A stretch of DNA of 64,000 nucleotides from Candidatus Latescibacterota bacterium (GTDB lineage: Bacteria > Latescibacterota > UBA2968). Both the position numbers and the translations under genes were made by a program. The stretch covers positions 4,736,001 through 4,800,000 of the forward strand of contig OZ242311.1 of the NCBI GenBank assembly GCA_965207885.1, written 5' to 3'. How positions within the stretch are numbered: the stretch's first letter is position 1; the number at the start of each line of letters is the position of its first letter. This document shows positions 57,495 through 64,000 of this stretch, one piece after another. The notes beneath the pieces are model-generated. The model ran no database searches. It was not told the DNA's origin and was given only the letters and a program-made list of their open reading frames with translations.

Positions 57495-58709
57495 CTATGG
57501 CGCGAGCATCAGGGCGATGCTATGTGGGTTAACCAATCCAGAGGTGACGATGGCTTCGGGACTGGAGCCATCGAGATTGGCACGCCAAATTTTACCGTTA
57601 TCGACGTTACCGGTGCCAGCATCTACCCAGTACATCTTTGGGGGATCGCTTGTCAGGTCCAGAGCTATGTCGCGCGGAGCGGTGGCAGGGCCGGCGAGTG
57701 ATTGCCCGCCGAATGTTCTGGTGTTGAGGATATCTTCTACGCCAGAACCATCTAAATTGGCACGCCGGATTCTATCTCTGACGATGTCTGTCCAGTACAT
57801 TTTTCCCGCAGCTACATCCAGAGCAATGCCTCTTGGAACCCGCAAGAAGTTTTGGAAGGTGAGGAGGGTTTCGACGTTGGAGCCATCGAGGTTGGCGCGC
57901 TGGATTTTATCGTCCTGAAGTGGGTTGGGGGCACCCGTGCCGGAGTCTGTCCAGTACATTTTGCCTCCGGCCACATCCAGGGCGATGCCCTGTGGATTAA
58001 CCAATCCAGAGGTGACGAGGGCTTCGGGACTGGAGCCATCAAGGTTGGCGCGCTGGATTCTACCATTATCGACATTGGCCCTGCCCGCATCTATCCAGTA
58101 CATCTTTGGGGGATCGCTTGCCAGATCCAGAGCAATGCCACGCGGGGTGGTGGCCGGACCGGGAAGTGACTGGCCACCGATTGTTCTGGTATCTATGATC
58201 AGTTCTATGTCAGAACCATCGAAGTTGGCACGCCGGATACTATCTGTGACGGAGTCCGTCCAGTACATTTTTCCCGCGGCTACATCCAGAGCAATGCCCC
58301 TTGGAAGTCGCAACGTGTTGGCGTAGGTGAGGAGAGTTTCAACGTTGGAGCCATCGAGGTTGGCGCGTTGAATTTTATCATCCTGTAGAGGGTTGTTGCC
58401 ACCCGTGCCGGAGTCTGTCCAGTATATTTTGTCCATAGCCTCAGGCGCAGGAGCTGCTTTGCCAAAGCTTCCGACGAATAGCAGAAAGTCACCAAAACCG
58501 ACCTCGCCGTCGCCATCCAGATCAAATCGGGCTTCATACCTCTCATCGCCCTGACGAGCTCCGAACTTGCCAGCAAAGAGCAAGAAGTCGGTAAAATCGA
58601 CCGTGCCGCTCGCATCAAAGTCCGGATTACCCGATTGTGACTCATTCTTGGCCTGAAGCGGTTGCGTTAGCAGGCCGATGGATAGGGTTGCAAGGATTAA
58701 TAGGCGCAT
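57495..58709 (-). CDS. Secreted YWTD (LDL-receptor class B) repeat protein with N-terminal dockerin-like domain
   Basis: Signal peptide after aggagg; DFDASGTVDFTDF..DLDGDGEVGFGDF; six YW[T/I/V]D..RAN.DG repeats. Confidence 0.87.
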   Translation of the reverse strand: MRLLILATLSIGLLTQPLQAKNESQSGNPDFDASGTVDFTDFLLFAGKFGARQGDERYEARFDLDGDGEVGFGDFLLFVGSFGKAAPAPEAMDKIYWTDSGTGGNNPLQDDKIQRANLDGSNVETLLTYANTLRLPRGIALDVAAGKMYWTDSVTDSIRRANFDGSDIELIIDTRTIGGQSLPGPATTPRGIALDLASDPPKMYWIDAGRANVDNGRIQRANLDGSSPEALVTSGLVNPQGIALDVAGGKMYWTDSGTGAPNPLQDDKIQRANLDGSNVETLLTFQNFLRVPRGIALDVAAGKMYWTDIVRDRIRRANLDGSGVEDILNTRTFGGQSLAGPATAPRDIALDLTSDPPKMYWVDAGTGNVDNGKIWRANLDGSSPEAIVTSGLVNPHSIALMLAP

Positions 58710-58923
58710 GGTTCTCCTCCTCTCAGTTGGAGCTTCGATGTTTTGGTGAGGTATGATAACATGAGAGACATAGATTTGCCAAATAAAAATAGTCATGATG
58801 CCCGAACGTGAAGAGTTGTGTTAAAATCCCCTTGGGTCTGGCTGTACATAAATTTTTTGACTTATGCGTTCTGTATGTTATCATGCGTTAGATATAAACC
58901 ACAACCCATCAGGAGATTTGACT

Positions 58924-59676
58924 ATGAGTAGCAAAGTTGCAATTGTTACTGGCGCAGGCAGCGGGATTGGCAAACATACCACTTTAGCCTTTTTGAGCGC
59001 GGGATATTCAGTTGCCCTGGCAGGACGACGAGAAGATCCCTTGAAAGCCACGGTAAGTGAAGCGGGTGTAGATGATTCAAAGACGCTTGTTGTGCCGACA
59101 GATGTTGGCGATCCAGCGTCTGTGGAAAATCTTTTTGCGCGGACAAAAGAGAAATTTGGACGCCTGGATGTGCTTTTCAACAATGCGGGTGTAGGCGCAC
59201 CTGGTGTCAATCTTGAGGATTTGACTTTTGAGCAATGGCAAACGGTTGTCAATACCAATTTAACGGGTGTCTTTTTGTGTATTCAGGAGGCATTTAAAAT
59301 TATGAAAGACCAGACGCCCCGGGGCGGGAGGATCATCAATAATGGGTCGATATCGGCGCATGTTCCCCGTCCAAATTCTGCGCCTTATACGTCGACCAAA
59401 CACGCGGTGTCCGGTCTGACAAAATCCGCTTCGCTCGATGGGCGCAAATACGATATCGCTTGCGGACAGATCGATATTGGCAATGCAGCGACCGATATGA
59501 CCGAGCGCATGAAAAGAGGCGTTCCACAAGCCAATGGATCTACTCTGGTAGAACCCACGATGGATGTCAGGGGCGTCGCGCAAGCCGTGCTCAATATGGC
59601 GAGCCTTCCGTTAGATGCAAATGTTCAGTTTATGACTATTATGGCGACTAAGATGCCTTATATCGGTCGCGGTTAA
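58924..59676 (+). CDS. SDR family oxidoreductase
   Basis: [17 protein letters not shown]. Confidence 0.92.
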   Translation: MSSKVAIVTGAGSGIGKHTTLAFLSAGYSVALAGRREDPLKATVSEAGVDDSKTLVVPTDVGDPASVENLFARTKEKFGRLDVLFNNAGVGAPGVNLEDLTFEQWQTVVNTNLTGVFLCIQEAFKIMKDQTPRGGRIINNGSISAHVPRPNSAPYTSTKHAVSGLTKSASLDGRKYDIACGQIDIGNAATDMTERMKRGVPQANGSTLVEPTMDVRGVAQAVLNMASLPLDANVQFMTIMATKMPYIGRG

Positions 59677-59708
59677 AAAAAAGACCGGACGCTTTGTCCG
59701 GTCTTTTT
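59675..59708. terminator. Bidirectional intrinsic terminator
   Basis: A-run + gaccggac/gtccggtc + T-run between convergent genes. Confidence 0.85.
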
Positions 59709-59730
59709 AGTTGATACTATGGGAGAGGGG

Positions 59731-62217
59731 TTACATCCCCAGCATGTATGAGACTTTTATGAGAACGGCCCGGTTTCTTTCGCCCCATTCGCGCAGGGGA
59801 TCCCGGTCATCCAGGTTATGGTCGTAAGTGACGTCAAAGCCCTGATCATAGACAAAGTAAATATCGCTGCCGGGGCGGAAGCGGTAATTCAGCAATACGT
59901 TTACACTGGCCTGTTCTCGGTCATTATTCCACTGGGCGAATAATTTGACATAGAAGTCCGTGGAAAATGAATAGATCAAACGGTTGCTCAATACCTGAAT
60001 ATTGAAGTTGCCCTGGGGTAAGCGTAGCCAGTTGACTTCGTAGTCGGTTTCAAGCGAAAGTTTTCCAGAAGGCGTGAAGGTATTTTCGAGTGAAAGTTTA
60101 TATCGCTTACCCGTGTAATAGTTGCCGATTTCAATATCGAACTCGGGGCGGACTTTTCGCGAGCGACTCGGATAGGGGCCGGTTCTGAATTTTGTAAAAG
60201 TGTATTTGTCGCGTGGGATAATTATATCTGGCCGCTTTTTCGATGGCTTGAACGTGCGCTCGACCACGTCGTGTGTTCTCGCAAATTCTACCCGATACCA
60301 GTCTCCAGCGTTGAACCGCGTGTAAGTAGATACCTGCAAATCCCAGAATTTGACTTTGTTTATTGGGTCACTGGGATCTGTAATGAGCCGAAACCTCGGT
60401 CCTGTGGAAATATAGCGAATAAGATCCGTGTTGGCGGGTATTCGCGCTCTGAATTGTGCCTCGTATCGCCGGAGTCTCTTCAACCCTGCGCGGCGGTTGA
60501 CAAATCCGGCTTTGGGTAGAAAATGCTCTCCGATATCGACGTATTTCAGGGTGCTGGAATAAATACCGTCCGAATAGGTGCCCTGTAAAAATCCTGCGGC
60601 CCCTGTCGGCACATCTTCAGCAGAATCCCAGGTTTGTGCGTAAAATCCCTGAAAATTGAGGGCGTTGGATGGTGAGAAACTGAAATCAAGCCCGGCAGCG
60701 CGGTTGTACTGGTCCCAACCTGAGCCAGGAATAGGGGTTTGTTTGTTCACGACAATCGCACCGATATTTGACCGCGCCATCACGTCGTGTTTCAGGCGCA
60801 AGACCGAGAAATTGCTGCGTTGAACAAATGTATCGTCCTGAAGCGTTTTGGAATCCGTCAATACATTCAATGCGCCAATACTCGTCTTGCCGGCTTTGCC
60901 CGCCAGTTTGCTGCCCAATAGAATGGGTACGGGTTCCCCCGATTCCAGGCCGATTCGGCGGCTGTAGAACAAAATCGTGGGCGGGCGGCTGTCCCCCCCG
61001 CGTCTCGTGGCGGCTTCGCCAAAATCAAAGAGGGTGGATCCCTCCAGGAAGAATTCGCGCTTTTCGGGGAAGAATTGCGAGAATTGCGTCAGGTTTACTT
61101 CCTCCTGATCTCCTTCAACCTGGGCAAAATCGGTATTATAAGACAGGTCCAGTATCATGTTGGGCGTGAGGCCATACCGCACATCTACACCGGATTCAAA
61201 AGAGGTCTGAGCAGATGGATCTTCTGCCTGCAAATCTTTCACCGCGCCGGGCAATACATAGGGTTTGATCTGGAATACACGACGGGTTTTTAAGGATTTT
61301 AGTCCCCTGAGTTCTGCGAGGTCTGTTGTGCGATAGCGCTGCAATGGTGACGTCGATCTTTGCCCCACCATCAATGCTGTCGCTTCGGTTTTGCGGGCAA
61401 TAAATCTCGCCAGGTTGATACCCCATACCGCATCTTCTTCGTCCTTAAATCGCAGTTGATCGAATGGAATCGCCACCTCAACCGACCACCCTTTGTCGTG
61501 CTGGTGTCCTTTGGCTTCCCAAATACAATCCCAATCATCGTTGTAGGTGCGGCCTTCCCGCGATAGGATCAGATCGCGCTTTGCGCCCAGGGAGTTGACG
61601 AAGAAGAATGCGCCGGTTTGACGGTCGTTATAAGTATCCAGAAGTATTTGCACATTGTCATCGCCCCACAATTGCGAATCGCGCCGCATGTTATTTGCCA
61701 CGATTTTGTGTGGCTCAGAATCAAAACATTCAAATCCGAAATAGATTTTTCTCTGGTCGTAAACAATACGGGCTGTTGTGCGTTCGGTGCTCGGCACCCA
61801 GTAACCCGGATCGCGCTGGACAAATCCCTCAATGGGTTTTGCATTTTGCCACGCAGGGTCGTCCAAATGCCCGTCCATTTTGGGACCTTCATCCACGCGG
61901 GTGGCATAAACAGCGCGCGGTGCATCGTCAGAAGTGTGCGTGGTAACAACGCGAATGCGATCCGCTACCTTTACGGGTGAGCCGTTTTCTTCGACCACGC
62001 GAGCTACGAGCACATCGTCGTCGAGTTTTTTGATGACCTGAAGCGTTGACCCATTGTCCATCTGCAATTGGCTTCCCAGGGATGCCGCCCCGTTGAGTCC
62101 AGATACATAAGCGAGATCGCCCGTGATTTCTTTGACAATACCGGCTGTGTCATCACTATTAGCCGACGGCGCGCAAATCGCTATACAGAAAAGCCCAAGC
62201 AAGCACGCTCTGATCAT
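59731..62217 (-). CDS. DUF5916 / CBM9-like outer-membrane protein
   Basis: PKMDGHLDDPAW, WSVEVAIPF, NTDFAQVEGD, FFPEKREFFLEG, FYSRRIG, C-terminal barrel strands. Confidence 0.82.
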   Translation of the reverse strand: MIRACLLGLFCIAICAPSANSDDTAGIVKEITGDLAYVSGLNGAASLGSQLQMDNGSTLQVIKKLDDDVLVARVVEENGSPVKVADRIRVVTTHTSDDAPRAVYATRVDEGPKMDGHLDDPAWQNAKPIEGFVQRDPGYWVPSTERTTARIVYDQRKIYFGFECFDSEPHKIVANNMRRDSQLWGDDNVQILLDTYNDRQTGAFFFVNSLGAKRDLILSREGRTYNDDWDCIWEAKGHQHDKGWSVEVAIPFDQLRFKDEEDAVWGINLARFIARKTEATALMVGQRSTSPLQRYRTTDLAELRGLKSLKTRRVFQIKPYVLPGAVKDLQAEDPSAQTSFESGVDVRYGLTPNMILDLSYNTDFAQVEGDQEEVNLTQFSQFFPEKREFFLEGSTLFDFGEAATRRGGDSRPPTILFYSRRIGLESGEPVPILLGSKLAGKAGKTSIGALNVLTDSKTLQDDTFVQRSNFSVLRLKHDVMARSNIGAIVVNKQTPIPGSGWDQYNRAAGLDFSFSPSNALNFQGFYAQTWDSAEDVPTGAAGFLQGTYSDGIYSSTLKYVDIGEHFLPKAGFVNRRAGLKRLRRYEAQFRARIPANTDLIRYISTGPRFRLITDPSDPINKVKFWDLQVSTYTRFNAGDWYRVEFARTHDVVERTFKPSKKRPDIIIPRDKYTFTKFRTGPYPSRSRKVRPEFDIEIGNYYTGKRYKLSLENTFTPSGKLSLETDYEVNWLRLPQGNFNIQVLSNRLIYSFSTDFYVKLFAQWNNDREQASVNVLLNYRFRPGSDIYFVYDQGFDVTYDHNLDDRDPLREWGERNRAVLIKVSYMLGM

Positions 62218-62428
62218 ATTTTTGCTCCTGGATAGTGTTGAGAGCCGGTGGTCGGTAGTTATTACTCAATGCTTCGCTAAGAGGATAGGAATAGAGGTAT
62301 ATAGGGGCGGTGCCCCCGTGCCCGTCCGTGTTGAAGCATCTGGCTCCAAGTAAGAACTTACTTACTTATACATAATGTAATAAAAAATAAAAATTCCGCA
62401 TCTTTTTTTGTAGAGGCGTAAGGAGGAT

Positions 62429-63871
62429 TCAGTACATATTGTCTTTTGTCGTGATTGGACACCACCGGGCGTTAAATAAGGTGTGGAACAAAATGTCTCG
62501 TGCAGCAGGTGTGCCGATCCGCTGCAATACATAAGTAGCGTAAAAGCGGTTGTAGCGATTTTCGTCTTCGAGCATTTTTGCCAGTGCTACAACTGCAGTA
62601 TCGCCCGATTCCCCGAATTTTGCGAGGGTGAGGGCTGCGTTGCGGCGCACGCGATAGTCTTCATCGCCAAGTGTTTCTGTCAGGTTGGAGAGGAGCTCTG
62701 GGGAAGAATCTCCGATTGCGCCCAGGGCTTCGATTGCGTTGCGGCGCACCCACCAGTGATTGTCTTTTATCGCGGTTCTCAAAGCGGGTGCAGATGCAAC
62801 CGCGTTTGATCCCATACGTCCCAATATATTGGCAGCAACCGCTCGTATCCACCAGTGGTGGTCTGATAATGTCTCTGTGAGGGCGGGGACTGCGGGTTTT
62901 CCTATGGATGCGAGGGATAGAGCCGCGCATCCACTCGTGGGATTTGTTCCATGGGCATTGTCCGGTGTTTTTGCTTCTGTTTCCTCAATTGTCGCAAGTG
63001 TTTCTTCTCGCATGGCGGCGATGAGTTCAGGTACGGCTTCTGTGCCAAATTCAGCGAGTTTATACGCCGCGTCCAATCGTTCACATTCCGGTCCATTCTG
63101 TAAGTCTTGAATCAAGTTTTTCAGATTGCGCTGTCGCGTGTCGCGTTCTTTTTGCGTGTTTCCGCACATCCAGTTCCATACGTCCTGTGAAATAGCTGGA
63201 TGCCGATCTTCAATGCCCGGCGACCACGCGCGACTCTGGTGATCCCAGGTAGGTTTTTGCGGTTCTTGTGTGCGCGCAAATTGGAATTTCAGCATGTATC
63301 GTTTTTTGGTGCTTATATTCTCGGTTGCGCGGTGCCAGGAGTCGAAGTGGATTAGAGCTACGGTGCCCGCAGGCCCGCAAAATGCCCGCGCTTTTTCTTT
63401 TGTTTGTACGGGATCTACATCGCTGATGGTTTTGTATATTTGCATGCCGGGCAATACGCCCGAAGGTCCCATATCCTCAGTTGTGTCCTGTGGAAAATAA
63501 AAAGCGAGCACCCAGTAGAATCTCGGGTGCCGCAAATTGTGATCATAGACATAACAGTCTTTGTGCCATTGCTGTCCGTTTCGTCCCGGGGGATTCAGGT
63601 GACAATGTCGATGAGGGTTCAAGATGTATCCCGGTCCGAGTAAGCTGGTCAGTGCCCCTTTCACATTGGGGTGTTCAAACACCTGCCCGATCTGCGGTAT
63701 CCGGGGCAATATGTTATTGCCGGGGTTGCCCTCTTTTTCAAAGACGGCCTCGATCTGATCGTAGATATTTGCGTGGAATGAGGGCGGATAATCCGCGTGG
63801 ACTGTCATGCATCCATCCACGATAAATCGCTGGACCTCTTCATCATTCAATAACTGCATTGGATCAGCCAT
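62429..63871 (-). CDS. Phytanoyl-CoA dioxygenase-family protein fused to HEAT/PBS-lyase repeats
   Basis: QQWHKD (HxD) and SWHRA; C-terminal VPALTETLSD..WIRAVAA-type repeats. Confidence 0.85.
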   Translation of the reverse strand: MADPMQLLNDEEVQRFIVDGCMTVHADYPPSFHANIYDQIEAVFEKEGNPGNNILPRIPQIGQVFEHPNVKGALTSLLGPGYILNPHRHCHLNPPGRNGQQWHKDCYVYDHNLRHPRFYWVLAFYFPQDTTEDMGPSGVLPGMQIYKTISDVDPVQTKEKARAFCGPAGTVALIHFDSWHRATENISTKKRYMLKFQFARTQEPQKPTWDHQSRAWSPGIEDRHPAISQDVWNWMCGNTQKERDTRQRNLKNLIQDLQNGPECERLDAAYKLAEFGTEAVPELIAAMREETLATIEETEAKTPDNAHGTNPTSGCAALSLASIGKPAVPALTETLSDHHWWIRAVAANILGRMGSNAVASAPALRTAIKDNHWWVRRNAIEALGAIGDSSPELLSNLTETLGDEDYRVRRNAALTLAKFGESGDTAVVALAKMLEDENRYNRFYATYVLQRIGTPAARDILFHTLFNARWCPITTKDNMY

Positions 63872-63880
63872 GGGGCCTCC

Positions 63881-64000
63881 TTAGCTAAAAATTTCCACAA
63901 ATTTCGCAACGCTCGCCCTGAATCCGTCTTCAAAAGTGCCGCCTTCGGGGCGATAGACGCTTTCGTAAGAGATTGCGCCCGCATATCCGTCGCGTTTGAG
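63881..64000 (-). CDS. C-terminal end of a probable sugar phosphate isomerase/epimerase (truncated by window edge)
   Basis: Minus strand reads LKRDGYAGAISYESVYRPEGGTFEDGFRASVAKFVEIFS*. Confidence 0.6.
   Translation of the reverse strand, partial: LKRDGYAGAISYESVYRPEGGTFEDGFRASVAKFVEIFS

Overview
This is a bacterial genomic window. The gene content (four sulfatases, several Gfo/Idh/MocA and TIM-barrel sugar enzymes, a PhyH-HEAT fusion, dockerin-like-tagged WD40/YWTD proteins, an LRR lipoprotein and PorV-like barrels) suggests an FCB-group organism such as a Latescibacterota-like marine or sponge-associated bacterium; that assignment is inference only. From 1-10 kb and 50-64 kb the genes are mostly catabolic. 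From 10-23 kb there is a pair of membrane-anchored CutA-like genes, an orphan antitoxin-like gene, and an alpha-2-macroglobulin/pbpC locus whose A2M is broken by a G8 frameshift and a 1197-bp IS4-family element with a 9-bp target duplication. From 24-30 kb a two-component system sits beside a perfect sigma54 promoter that drives a lipid-synthesis/flippase/OM-barrel operon. From 30-37 kb a structured leader precedes two large secreted WD40 proteins. The most unusual region is 37.4-50 kb: a same-strand array of modular outer-membrane protein paralogues (three shuffled families plus three PorV-like barrels). It shows conserved ends, hypervariable cores, a chimera, mosaic DNA tracts, decayed copies, an LRR lipoprotein and an embedded DUF4160/DUF2442 pair. 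No tRNA, rRNA, CRISPR array, integrase or reverse transcriptase was recognised. All assignments come from motif reading by eye, without database searches.
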